From positions 144,956,001-145,020,000 of the forward strand of contig OX597815.1 of the NCBI GenBank assembly GCA_951406725.2: DNA of 64,000 bases, in the 5' to 3' direction. This document shows, piece by piece, positions 50,731-64,000 of this stretch. The position numbers and the translations under genes were made by a program. Under the pieces are notes generated by a model. It searched no databases and was not told the DNA's origin. It saw only the letters and a list, made by a program, of their open reading frames with translations. Source of the stretch: Octopus vulgaris. Lineage: Eukaryota. Numbering within the stretch: position 1 is the first letter of the stretch; each line of letters begins with the position of its first letter.

Positions 50731-52912
50731 TATGTAATTAAGTTGGTGGATCAAATTCTAAGTGAGCTGAATTGGAAAGACACTGCTTAAGTAGGGGAAA
50801 ATAGTTTTGGGGTTTGAGAAAGAGGTGTGGGGCAGTCAGAGTTTTATTGTATTTTAAAATCATTTTATTAATAGCAGGTGTAGCTCTGGCGTTAAGAAGT
50901 TTGCTTCCTAACTTCACTGGTTTTGAGTTCAGTCCCACTCTGTAGCACCCGAGGCAAGTGTGTCCTGGTTTAGTCCCAAGGCGACCGAAGACATGGGAGT
51001 CAATTTGGTAGATGGAAACTGAAAGAAGCTCAGCATATATAAAGTATAGTGGTTTAGTTCACAGGTGATCTAAATGATTAGGTATGCTAGGTAAGTGTTG
51101 TAACGGATTACGAGGGCTCCAAGGTTATAGCTGAGACGGTAGTTATGGAGCCATTGCAGATTTCCAATGCAGATATATATATATATCATCACCATCGTTT
51201 AACGTCTGCCTTCCATGCTAGCATGGGTAGGACAGTTTGGCGAGAGCCAGCCAGGTGGAATCTTGTGCCAGACTTCTGTGACCTTTTTGGCAGGATTTTT
51301 ACAGCTGGATTCCCTTCCTAACACCAACCACTCAGCAGAGTGGACTTAGTGCTTTTTATGTGGCACAAGCACAGGCAAGGTCAGTTTTGGCAAGGTTTTT
51401 ACAGCTGGATCCCTTCCAGAACACCAACCACTCAGAGTGAACTGGATGCTTTTAAGTGGCACCTGTACTGACAGGATCATCAAAAAAACAAAAAAATTTC
51501 AAGAGGGGTGAGGGCATTGGAAAGATATATCTTAATATCTGTTTTCCATGCTGGCATGGGTTGGATGGTTTGACAGGAGCTGGCAAGCTGGAGAGCGGCA
51601 CCAGGCTCCATTGTCTGTTTTTGGTATAGTTTCTACAACTGGATGCCCTTTCTAATGTCAACCACTTTACAAAGTATACTAGATGCTTTTTATGTGGCAT
51701 CAGCACCAGCACGGTTGCATAGTAACTTGCAAGACAAACCTCTCTCCTTCTCCCCTCCCCACTCTCTATATAACCATCATCATTTTAATGTCCACTTTCC
51801 CCTACGTGCATCAGCCAAACAGAATTTGTTGAGGCAGGTTCTCTGAGGCTGGATGCCCTTCCTGTTACTAACCCTCAGCTGTTTCCAAGCAAGGTAGTAT
51901 TTCCTCATGACCAGGTAGGTTTTTATAGATTAGAAATGGACACCACTTTACAAATATAATGCAATGTCAAGGCATATGTGCGTGCACACATATACACACA
52001 CACACACATGATGAGCTTCTTTCAGTCTCCGTCTACCATATCCATTCCCAATGTTTTAGGAAGGCTATCCAGCTGTAGAAACTCTGTCAAAGCAGAGTAC
52101 CAGTTATGCACTGGGGTCGATGTAATCGAAGTACCAGTTTCGCACTGGGGTCGATGTAATTGACTTAATCCCTTTGTCTGTCCTTGTTTGTCCCCTCTAC
52201 GTTTAGTCCCTTGTGGGCAATAAAGAAATAAGAACCTCTGCCAAAGCAGACATTGGAGCTTGGCACAGTCCTCTGACTCGTCAGCTCTCCTGAAACTATT
52301 TAACCCAAACCAACACGGGAAATGGTTGTTGAGCAATGGTGATGATGGTGTACGTATATGTGTGTGTGTGTGTGTTTGTGTCACCTTGTCTTGAAAATTA
52401 TGATAGTTGTAAATGAGTATCACTGTCATACAAGCAGGGTCGTTCACTTCCAATGTTCTGTTAAAACATGTTTAGTCATGGGGGAAATATCACCTTGTTT
52501 GTGAACAGGTGAAGATTGGTGGCAGGAAAAATGTAAGATGTCTGGTGTGTGTGTGTGTGTGTATCATCATCATTGTCCTCATCATCATCGTTTAACGTCT
52601 GCTTTCCATGCTGGCATGGGTTGGACAGTTTGACTGAAGACTAGCAAGCCAGAAGGCTGCACTATGTTTGTCTCCCATCACTGCTTGACAACCAGTGTTG
52701 GTTTGTTTATGTACCTGTAACTTAGTGGTTTCGCAAAAGCGGCTGATAGAACAAGTCCTGGGGTTGATTCATTCAACTAAAATTTCTTCAAAGCAGTGCC
52801 CTAGCATGGCCACAGTCTAATAACTGAAACAAAAGATGAAAGAAGTAATTATGTTATTTTTATGCTGCTGCCTTTTTTAAGATTTAAACAATATTTTCCT
52901 CTGTTTTTGCAG

Positions 52913-53056
52913 GTATCGAGGCCCGGTGCCGTCTTATGTGGAAAAGGTGATGATCACATCAAACATGGAAGAATCATTTTTAATTAAGTTACTACTACGA
53001 CAGACCAGACGCCCTGAGCTTGGGGACAAATTTAGTAGTCGCCATGGGCAGAAAGG
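52913..53056 (+). CDS. POLR3B: POLR3B exon (144 nt): (M)[47 protein letters not shown](G)
   Basis: tttttgcag| ... GG|gtgagt; universal [12 protein letters not shown] motif of RNAP second subunits. Confidence 0.97.
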
Positions 53057-53870
53057 GTGAGTAAAATGTTAGATTGGAGGGTCAAAATATTGGCCAGTCT
53101 CTGACAGGCTTTTGGTTGAGCCTGTGGCAGTGGAAACCTCTGGTGTCTCAGCTCTCAGACCATATTCCTAGTCATTCCTATTGGGGCAGAGATGACTATC
53201 TGCAAGTGAGAGTCTTGTGAGTCAGAGTGGTTGTTCCACTGCACCTCCCTCATATCTTCCTGGGCAACGCCTTTCCCATTTTGTCTTCTCAGATCATGAG
53301 GCAGTCTGACAGACCTTTTCAGATATTTCTCTCCTGTGAAGAAGAGGAAAGATAAAATGATTTTTGCAGGGCCTCTTATATGATACATACATACTTAAAA
53401 TATCATCATCACCATCACTATCATCACCATCATCATCACCATCACCATCATCATCACCATCATCATCATCACCACCACCACCAACCATCACCATCATCCT
53501 CATCATCATCACCAACATCGTCATTTAACGTCTGTTTTCCATGCTGGCTGCTGGCGTAGGTTGCTTGGTTTGACTGAGGACTGGCAAGCCAGAAGGCTGC
53601 AGCAGGCACCAATCTGATCTGGCAATGTTTCTACACTTGGATGCCCTTCCTAACACCAACCACTCGGAGAGTGGGTGTTTTTTACATGCCACTGGAATGG
53701 GGGTCAGTCAGGTGGTACTGACGTTGACCATGCTTGAATGGTACTTTTTACACTCCACCGGCATGGGGGCCAGTCAGGTGGCACTGGCATCAACCTCGCT
53801 CGAGTGGTGCTTTTACTGGAGCCAAACAATATATTTGATCCCTGTTGGTGGACGTCATACTCAGAAGGGC

Positions 53871-54035
53871 CTACCTCCATGAGGCACATATGTACCTCCA
53901 TGACATACATATGTACCTCCATGACGTACATATGTACTTCCATGACATACATACGCACCTCCATGACGTACATATGTACCTCCATGACGTACATATGTAG
54001 CTCCATGACTTACATGTGTACTTCTATGAGGTACA
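53871..54035. repeat. 21-bp minisatellite (acatatgtacctccatgacrt), about 7-8 copies
   Basis: Direct inspection; produces the 7-aa periodic ORFs 53704..54006 and 53738..54040. Confidence 0.9.
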
Positions 54036-55036
54036 TATAATGTATGTTTACACACATGAGCTCCTGCACACTTATGCTTCTGCACATACATGCATGCACT
54101 TACATCTGCATTTGTTCAGACTTAATGAAATATATTCACATGCATGCACTCGTGTGCACACATATGCATACATGTATTTGGACATACATGTACTGCTATT
54201 TAATGTATCTGCACACATGTATACATGCATTTGCACACATAAGCACTTATTAAACGAAACTGCTTTTTATGTGCCACTGACATGAGAACCCGTAACTGGC
54301 TCCCATGCTGGTGACACGTAAAAAGCACTATCTGAATAGGATCGATGCCAGGCCCACTTTAATGGCTCCTGTGCCGGTGGCACGTAAAAAGCACTCTTGG
54401 AGTGGTTGGCGTTAGGAAGGGCATCCAGATGTAGAAACTTTTCCAGATCAGATTGGGGCCTGGTGCAGCCACTGGCTCTCCAGACCTGTCAAACAGTCCA
54501 GCCCATGCCTGCGTGGAAAACAGAAGTTAAACAATGATGATGATGATGATGTTGATATTAACATGATAATTACACTGGTTCCACATAAAAGGCACTAGTG
54601 CTGGTGCCATGTATAAAGCACCCAGTCCACACTCTGTAAAGTGGTTGGTGTTAGGAAGGGCATCAAGCTGTAGCGACCAAGCTGAAATGGACATTTGGAG
54701 TCTGGTGCGGCTCTCCAGCTGGCCAGCTGTGGTCAAACCATCCAACCCATGCCAACATGGGAAATGGACTTTAAATGATGATGATGATGGCTTACAAACA
54801 CACACATGCATTCATGTACACATGTTCACTGATATGCACATGCACACATATATGTATACACACTCACACAAATGCACGCTCTCTTATTTAATGAAACATG
54901 TTCATACACAAACACACAACTTGTGCGTTCTCACACACTAATACATGAATGTGCAGTTGTGCATTCACGCATGCATATGCACATGTATGTGTACACACAC
55001 ACACACCTTATTTAAAGAATCCATTCTCTGTTTCAG

Positions 55037-55085
55037 TGTTTGCGGTTTGATTGTACCCCAAGAAGACATGCCATTCACAGATCAG
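55037..55085 (+). CDS. POLR3B: POLR3B exon (49 nt): (G)VCGLIVPQEDMPFTDQ; last exon found in window
   Basis: ctgtttcag| ... |gtgagt; QEDMPF motif. The expected next exon (G.CPDIIMNPHG) was not found by eye in 55086-64000. Confidence 0.94.
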
Positions 55086-56779
55086 GTGAGTATTGTTTAT
55101 ATTCTAATCCCCATTAGTGTTACCATGACTGGAACGGTTGTCTGCCAAACTGTCTTGTAATGGTATTTGGTGGCATCTAAGATCAAATACTATCAGCACT
55201 TATTTTACTGTTCATACCTCTGAGGACAGATAAATGGTTATGGAAGACTATTTATGGCACCCCTTTCTCCAGGTAGTAGCAACATCATTGTTTAAAGTCC
55301 GTTTTCCATGTTGGTATGGATTGGACGGTTTGACTGAGATCTGGAGAGCCAGCGGTTGCAACAGGCTCCAATCTGATCTGGCAAGGTTTCTATAGCTGGA
55401 TGCTCTCCCTAACACTAACCACTCCAAGATCAGGCCTGGCATTGATCACATACTGATAGTGCTTTTTACATGCCACCAGCATGAGATCTCGTCAGAGGGT
55501 ACTAGAATCGGCCATGTTTGGATGGTGCGTTTTATGTGCCACTGGCATGGGAGCCAATCACTGGGTACTGACATCAGCTATGATATTGGTTTTACTTGAC
55601 TCAGGTCTTCTCAAGCATATCAATTACATGACCTCTTGCAGAATAACTAGTTTGTCACTGGAAACATCCAAGGATGGAGTGATATGTAATATTGTATGGA
55701 ATGGTAAAGAAAATGTCATTTATAGATTTTGGTTGTTATTTTGTGTTAATGATAATAATAATGGAATGCAAGAGGGTAATGTAAAAGTGATACCAGTAGT
55801 GATTGGAGCATTGGGCTCAATCCCATTGAAACTTCAACACTTCTTAAGGTAACTGGCAGCGATCATGCTTGGATGGTGCTCTTAGTGCTCCACTGGCACG
55901 GATGCCAGTCATCGAATTTGAATTTGATTTGATTTCACTTGCCTCAACAGGTCTTCAAAAGCAGAGTTGAGTGTCACCAATTTATTTCGTGGAAATATAT
56001 AGTCAGTACAAGGTGTTGATGTGGCTGCCTGTATGTTATTACAAGAGTTCATAAAGAGATGAAGAATAAATTCAAGACATATATTTACTACATAGAAATA
56101 TATTTTATTTACTGGTTGATGATGATTACATAGAATCAAAATGTAGAATCTAGTTGAATGAAGCAATCTATGCAAGAAAGTTCAGAGATAGGAAATATAG
56201 AAATGACAGCTAAGTGGTGATTTTTAGTCATGTAGCATACAGAAATAGATGGACATAGCAAGAATGGCTCCAAGTCTAATCAACTAAGAAGTGAAGAACT
56301 GGGTTAGGAAGCTGTTTTTATTAATGGAATGCAAGACATTCTAGAAACTCCCAAGAGAAAAGCTAAGCTTCTTGAATAATTAAGAATCATGTCTCGTGAC
56401 CCAGATGCTTCGAGAAGCTTAGAAAAGGGAGGTTACTCTATGATCTTTCTTGCAAGGGAGATCATTCAACTATTTAGCTACGTAGACCACTTGTATTTTC
56501 TGCTCAATCATTACGAGACTGAGCTTTGAACTTAAAGATTTTTGACAGGATGTTAAGGCATAAAGCTGTGGTCCTCTGTTAAGGCATAAAGCTGAGGACC
56601 CCTTTCATTCTTATTTTACTCAACTGCACCCTCATAGCCATTTGGTGTTTAAAGAATCCTATTATTTTATTTTTATTATTAAATATTAGGAATTGTTTAA
56701 GAAATAGTTAAAATACTTTGTGTGGTATAGAAGTATAGCCAATTTATGGCACATAAGTTTTAACAACAAAATCTCATGC

Positions 56780-57345
56780 GGCCACATTTGGAATTTGCAT
56801 CACCAATCTGGAGCCCCTCTCTTGCTTAGGACATTGACCTCCTGGAAACTGTTCAGAGACATGCAACCAAGTGAATACTCTCTATCAGGCATCTACCATA
56901 CTCTGAATCTCTTCCTTGGGCATAAATACGTTGAAGCTCCGACAACTGGCAACTGATTTGGTAAAAACCCACAAAATTATTAACCATCATGCCAACAACC
57001 ACCTTGAGCACCTTTTTCAGCTCCATGTGTCCAACACAGGTGGGCATGTCTACAAAGTCAGAAAACAGTGACTTAAGGAAGCATTTTTTCACATTCAGAG
57101 TTGCTGAAGCATGGAACAAACTACCTGCATCAGTTGTTAGTTGCCAAGACATTGCATCCTTTAAAACCTCCATGCTTCCTGAAATTCACCAACACTACAC
57201 CTGATATCCTCACACCCTCCATACGCATGCATACATGTATATTATGACTCCTACACTGTTCACTTTCCTGACTTTTGTACTGTTATACATGCACCTTTGA
57301 TGAGTTGCAGTGCACCTGAGCACTATACATAATAATTTCATTATT
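56780..57345 (+). mobile_element. CR1/L2-group LINE 3' fragment, apparently nested in a hAT-type MITE (~56590-57398)
   Basis: HLEFASPIWSP...LRKHFFTFRVAEAWNKLPASVV, typical CR1/L2 RT C-terminus; resembles the 14745-17060 element. Confidence 0.8.
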
Positions 57346-60300
57346 ATATGGACCCCCCCCCCCCCTAAGGTTGTATGAACCCTGGTTGAGAACCATTAGC
57401 ATAAATTAAGTAAACAGCAAAATAGCATAAAAATATTTCAGAGTTGTTCTTGTTTAACAAATGATTTTGATCTGAGATTGCGTGTGTGTGTGGAAATTGA
57501 AGCAATCACATACATTGGCCATTTAATAACACACAGCTGTTCAGTTCAAATTTAAATTTATTTCATGAGCTGTCAAACTGTGACCTGGTCATTGACACAG
57601 TTTCCCTACTACGTTTGACACGTTAAATTAATTTTAATTTAAAGTGAATTTAACAACTTTTGTTTTATTAAATGGTGAGAACGACTCTTCCACAATGTAA
57701 TTGCAACAAAGAAAATCAATCCAGGAAATGCCAAAGAAAAAATAAAATAGAGAACATATTTCTTGAACATAAATCCTAAAAAGCTGCAATAATGCAGTAA
57801 ATTACTGCAGAAAGTAATTAGCAATATCAACAACTCCAACAACGACCACCACTGTTGATATCACATTACATATATTAACAACTTTAAGTATTATATACAT
57901 ATTTCAACAGTAATCTCATTTATGAAACTGTTCGAAAGTCAGTCAACAAAAATACACAAATAAGACAAAAATATGTCAAACGCACATCTTGCACCTTGAT
58001 CGGCGTTTTACAACCTTTTAAGGATGACAAGCAATTTTGTATCACTAAGCATCAGACAAGACATACGTTCTCTTGTATCGTTTACTTGTTTCAGTCATTA
58101 GTCTGCGGCCATGCTGGAGCACCGCCTTGAAGTATTTTTAATCGAATCCCTTGTTATTTCTTCTTCTTTATAAGCCTGGTATTTATTTTATCGCTTTCTT
58201 TTGGTGAAGTACTAAGTTATGAAAACGTAAAAATACCAACTTCCAAGCAGCAGTGGGGGATAAAAACAGGCACAAAAACTCACACAAATATACATATATA
58301 TATATATATATATAACAGGCTTCTTTCAGTTTCCGTCTACCAAATCCACTCACAAGGCTTTGGTCAGCCCTAGGCCATAGTAGAAGATATTTGCCCAAGG
58401 CACCTCACAGTGGGACTGAACCCGGAACAATGTTGTTGAAAAGCAACCTACTTACCACACAGCCATGCCTGCAATTAAACATAAGACAAGACATTGTGTA
58501 GGTTTATATTCTCTTTTTAAAATTATTTTACATCATTCATCTGTTCAACACAATGTGTTCAGGTTCTCCATATTAGAGTAATTATGTACAGTGCAAATAG
58601 GGAATTAGGAAATGGGTGCGGGCATGGCTGTGTGGTAAGAAGTTTGCTTCCCAACCACATGCTTCTCGGTTCAGTTCCACTGTGTGGTGCCTTGGGCATA
58701 TATCTACTACTATAGCCTCAGGCTGACCAAAGCCTTGTGAATGGATTTGGTAGATGAAAACTAAAAGAAGCCTGTCATATCATCATCATCATTGTTTAAC
58801 ATCCGCTTTCCATGCTGGCATGGGTTGGACGGTTTGACTGATGACTGCCAAGCCAGGAGGCTGCACCAAGCTCCAGTCTGATCTTGCAAGGTTTCTACAG
58901 CTGGATGCCCTTCCTAATACCAACCACTCCAAGAGTGTAGTGGGTGCTTTTTATGTGCCACCAGCATGGGGGCCAGTCAGGCAGCACTGGCATCGGCCAT
59001 GCTCATGTTTGTGTGTCTGTTTGTCTTCCCATCATCGTTTGATAACCGAAGTTGGTGGGTTTACATTGCCATAACTTAGCAGTTCGGCAAAAGAGACTGA
59101 TAGAATAAGTACTGTGCTTACAAAGAATAAATCCTGGGGTTGATTTGTTTGACCATATGCAGTGCTCCAGCATGGTCGCAGTCAAATGACTGAAACAAGT
59201 AAAAGGTTAAAAGAAAGAAGAATAAAACAATGCACGTAGAATGCATCATCCGAATGTGGTCGATGCTTGTGCCGCCTGACTGGCTCCCGTGCTGGTGGCA
59301 CGTAAAAAGCACCCACTTGGAGTGGTTGGCATTAGGAAGGGCATCCAGCTGTAGAAACCTTGTCAGATCAGATTGGTGCCTGATGCAGCCTCCTGGCTTT
59401 CCAAACCTCAATCAAACCATCCAACCCATGCAAACATGGAAAACGGATGTTAAACAATGATGATGATGATGATGACACACACACACACAAATATCTGTAT
59501 GAGTGGGTGGGTCTTTTTGTCTATTTGTCCCCTACTACTGCTTGACAACCAGTGCTGATGTGTTTACCTCTCTATAACTTTGCAGTTCAGCAAAAGAGTC
59601 TGATAGAATAAATATCAAGCTTTACAAAGAAATAATTAGTACTGTAGTCGACTCATTTGGCTAAAATAGAAAGCAGTGCCCAAGCATGGTCACAGTCTAA
59701 TTGTTTCCTTCTTTTACATGTTTCAGCTGTAATGCTGTGGCCATGCAGGAGCACCAACATGACTGAAACGAATTAAAGATAAAAGATTATCAATACATAA
59801 TATATACCTCTATCATCAGTGTTTTGTTAATGTCTAATTTTTGATGGCTGTATGAGTCAGATGAGCTTCCTGTGGCCAGATGCCTTTCCTGTTGCCAACC
59901 ATCACCTGTTTGTAAGCAAGGTAATAATTCCCCCAGTCTCTCAAACAATGAACAGCTGACCAGCCCAGACATGTTTTGAGGAGGACTGCAAAAAAACGTC
60001 ACTGTTTGTATGAAGAGTCATCACACACATGCCAAGGTGATGAGACTTCACATTCAGTCACACATACACATATGAAATAGGCAGATAACATGGAAGACAT
60101 CTCTTTTTTTGAAATTCTTCAGATTAAAAATCAAATAACAGGTATATCTTGCACAAATGTAACATCTACATACAGATTCAGAAATGCTGAAATAAGCAGA
60201 TGTGCTCCCAGGGGACACAGCTTGGATTTTAATTCCATCTTAAGACAGACAGACAGAGAGACAAACTAGTAAATAGATGTGTGTGCATGTTTGTTTCAGT

Positions 60301-60504
60301 ATTCTTGTTTTGACTTCATAATATAATTGTAAACAAACATCACCATCTTGTTAGCAGTATTGTTTGTTTTGAATCTCCTGTGAAAAGATGTTTGCAGTAG
60401 GGGAAAATATTAGCACGCTTAGAAACAGATCAAGGTTGGTGACAGGAAAAGCCTCCCCAGCTGTAGAAATTTGCACCAATGAATCCCATTTGACCTATGC
60501 AACA

Positions 60505-61140
60505 ATCATTATTATCATCATCGTTTAATGTCTGTTTTCCATTCTGGCATGGGTTGGATGGTTTGATTGTGGTCTGGGAAGCTAGGAGGCTGCATCAAGC
60601 CCCAATCTGATCTGGCTGTGTTTCTACAGCTGGTTGCCCTTCCTAATGCCAACCACTCCGATAGTGTAGTGGGTGCTTTTTACGTGCCACCAACATGGAA
60701 GCCAGTCAGAGCAGCACTGGCATCAGCCACTTTTGGATGGTGCTTTTTTATGTGCTACTAGCATGGGGCTCACCTACAATTTCCATTTGATTTGATTTTG
60801 ATATTGATGTTGATGTATTTGATTCAATAGGCCTCCTCAAGCACAGCATGTCGCCCTACAATCCAAGGTACTTTTGAGTGGGCTGGTTATGCGACACTGA
60901 TGTAGGCTACAGCTGTAAACTCATTTTATTTGCTGGATATTCTCAGTTACAGCATACCTCCAGAGGTTTCAGTCTTTTGTCATTGCCTCTGTGAGGCCCA
61001 ACATTCGAAGGTCATGCTTCACCACCTCATCCCATGTCTTCCTGGGTCTCCCTTTACGCCAGATTCCTTCCTTGTTTGGGAGTGGCACTTCTTCACACAG
61101 CTCTCCTTGTCCAATCGCAGTACATGACCATATCAACGCA
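60505..61140 (-). mobile_element. Longer RTE LINE 3' fragment including degenerate ORF C-terminus
   Basis: Minus-strand peptide EGIWRKGRPRKTWDEVVKHDLRMLGLTEAMTKD (RTE-type GRPxxxW end) is contiguous with the abundant 3'UTR repeat; similar remnant at ~26990-27060. Confidence 0.8.
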
Positions 61141-61849
61141 GTGCCATTCATTTGTATGTTCGGTGATGACTTCACACTCAAAGAAAATGTGAAGCTGTTT
61201 TTTTAGTTTTGGTTTTGCCAGGCTGTTATAATGAAGTTATATTTTGGCACCATCATTGAAAAGCGATTAAATTAGAGACCGTTTGGCCCACTGGGAATTG
61301 AAACTGCATCACAGTGTCAACGGAACTAGGAGCTTACATCTTGCTCCATGTTGCTCACCCATGTACTACTAAGATTACAGGGTATTATGTGTTAGTTACG
61401 TCTACATGCACACGCTGCATATGTGCTCATATAATATGTAATACACACACTCACACACATATACACATATATATGTATATAAATAAATACATGTCTGTAT
61501 ATATATATATATGTAAAGAAATCGACATCAGAGAAGAGAAATGTACTAGTAAGCAATTATATAATAACGATTCGTTACACAAAATTCTGGTACTTTTCTC
61601 ATAAATCTGGGCCGGCTAATGTATCGTATTAAAATAGCTGACGAAGTATTTTCAATAAATGTCGTCTCAAATACTTAACACTGTTTGTTTAATAATCAAA
61701 TCTGTAGAATTTACTTAACTAACTAAAGTGCACATCATGCCTTATACGCATTATTATTGCCATACCTACTTCTGCTGCTCTATACGCACTCTTGTCCATA
61801 TACACCCACAGTTGCATACACCCTCTCTGTTAATTCTTTATTGCATTGC

Positions 61850-63380
61850 TTCTTGTGGCCGGGCTTTCTTCCTTCTTCCTGTTGCATTTGTTCTTCTTGT
61901 TCTCGGTTTTTGTTGTTGTTCTTCTTGTTCTCGGTTGTTGTTGTTGTTGTTGTTCTTCTTGTTCTCGGTTGTTGTTGTTCTTCTTGTTCTCTGTTGTTGT
62001 TCTTCTCCTCATTCTCCTTCTCATTCTTCTTCTCGTTCTTCTTCTCGTTCTTCTTCTCATTCTTCTCCTCCTCTTCTTCTTCTCGTTCTTCTCCTTCTTG
62101 TTCTTCTCATTCTTCTTCTCCTTCTTCTTCTCCTTCTCGTTCTTCTTCCCCTTCTTCTCCTTCTTCTCCTCTTCTTCTTCTTCTTCTCAGCAATGATAAT
62201 GATGAATCATTAATATTTCTGTCCCCCTCACATCACGCCCCACCCACCCAATCAACCCCCGTCATTCAATCCCTCCCCCCTCCCCTTTATCATTTCCCTC
62301 CATGTGTCCTTCGCTGCCACATCATAGTTTTGATCTCACAAAGCAATGCTTTATGTCTTTAATTCCTTGCAGTCTTACATTTCATTGTTATTGCTGTCGT
62401 TGTCATTGCCATAATCACCATCATCATTGTCATCATCATCGTTGCCACTCTCATTATCATCATCATCTTCATCATCACTACTACCATGACAACCACCACC
62501 ACCGCCATCAACATCACCATCTTTATCATTATCATCAGTGTCAACAGCTACATCAACAGCATCATCATCATCATCGTCGCACCGCCACCATCAACACCAC
62601 CACCTCTCCCTGCCGTAAGATTTACGATTTCGCGGCTCTGTCTCCCTTCGTATCAAATTATTTCCCATCCTATTTCCTCCCCCCTCCCTCCTCCCACCCT
62701 GATCTCCCGTCCACTCCCTCCCCCATCGTTGATAGCTATCTGTCCACAATTTGATAGCTGCCTGGGTGACACACAGACAGAACCAGTCACATGCTGGCTG
62801 CCATATTTGATGCTGCAACAAGCATTAAGGACAATTATTAATTGGAAGGTAGCAGACTGACAGAAGCGGCAGAGCGTTGGGCCAAATGGTTTGCAGGATT
62901 TAGTTACGACCCTTCATGTTTTGAGTTCATATCTTGTCACTTTTGCCTTTCAGTGTTTGTGGGTGGCAGGGAAGGAGCTGGTGTAACAAAGTACCAGTTA
63001 TGTATTTGGGGTTGGAGGCTCATTCAGTTGACCATAGTGTTTCCTCTCCCCTCCCTCCAATTTGTATCAGTGTTTGCTATTGCTTTTGGGTCATCATGGA
63101 GAGCAGCAGGGTTTATTAGCTGCTGCTGCTAGTATTTTTTGACCTCTTCTTCTCTTCTTTTCCTCCTCCCCTTCCCCATCCTTCCCCCTCCACCCTCCTC
63201 TTTCTTTTCTGCCTCTGCTTTTTCATCTTTTCCTCCTCCTCCTCGCATTGCTGCCTCCTTAACTTCTCTTCTTCCTCCTCCCCATCTCTTCCTCCTCCTC
63301 ATCCTCCTCCTCCTTCCCGCCCTCCTCCCTTCCTTTTCCTCCTTTCCTCTTCCTCCCTTTCTCTCCCCCTTCCTCCCTCG
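61850..63380. repeat. Compound low-complexity block: (TTG/TTC)n, (CAT/CAC)n and polypyrimidine tracts
   Basis: Direct inspection of 61870-62190, 62385-62605 and 63140-63380. Confidence 0.85.
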
Positions 63381-63616
63381 TCTCCACATCACATGATGGT
63401 TGTAAATGAGCATCACCATCGTTCGAGTGATGGTGTTTCTCTCCAGTCTTCCATGGAAAAAAAAACACTTACATATCTGGTGGGTGGGTGGGGAATATTA
63501 AGTTGTTCGGAAATGGGTCAGCATTGGCAACAGAGAAGGACAGCAAGATGTAGAAAATGTGTCTTCAACAAATTCCCTTAAAGCATGGAAGAGCAGATAT
63601 TAAATGATGATGATAA

Positions 63617-63665
<49 letters not shown>

Positions 63666-64000
63666 ACTCTTTTCTCTTTTATTCTTTTACTTGTTTCAGT
63701 CTTTTGAGTGTGGCCATGCTGGAACACCGACTTATTCTATCGGTCTCTTTTGCCAAACCGCTAAGTTATGGGGACAAAAACACACCAGTATCGGTTGTCA
63801 AGCGATGTTGAGGGACAAACACAGACACACAAACATACACACATACATATATATCTATATATATACATATATATGATGGGCTTCTTTCAGTTCCCGTCTA
63901 CCAAATCCACTCACAAGCCATTGGTTGGCTCGAGGCTATAGTAGAAGACACTTGCCCAAGGTCCCACGCAATGGGACTGAACCCAGAACCATGTGGTTGG

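Noticed and set aside
61728-63419. Several 90-200 aa ORFs as a possible nested gene
   Set aside because: Low-complexity triplet tracts with no recognisable domain or splice-consistent structure.

Overview
Eukaryotic, AT-rich, repeat-dense genomic DNA. The repeat content suggests an octopus or other coleoid cephalopod (inference). The window lies entirely within a + strand gene for the second-largest subunit of RNA polymerase III (POLR3B/RPC2). Twelve GT-AG exons (4568-55085; 1395 nt, 465 codons) splice in frame into the central part of RPC2; the gene starts before the window and continues after it. Most ORF-track entries are spurious products of repeats. The introns hold 3' ends of an RTE LINE (66-bp internal tandem unit, (GAT)n tail), tRNA-derived SINEs, CR1, R4/Dong-like and L1/Tx1-like fragments, mariner, hAT and piggyBac MITEs, Helitrons and microsatellites. 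The main hidden signal is four unrelated short repeat families, each carrying a minimal type-I hammerhead ribozyme motif with a tiny palindromic helix III, the form known from Penelope-like elements. Three of the four occur as tail-outward inverted pairs. One family has a tRNA-like Pol III head (a hammerhead-tailed SINE). Another has a compensatory G3-C8 core (GUGAACA instead of CUGANGA). Also notable: a spacer-less 188-bp palindrome, a perfect (TTC)77 tract 45 nt from a weak donor, and a probable 1-nt intron slide. All structures were derived by eye; no searches or folding were run.
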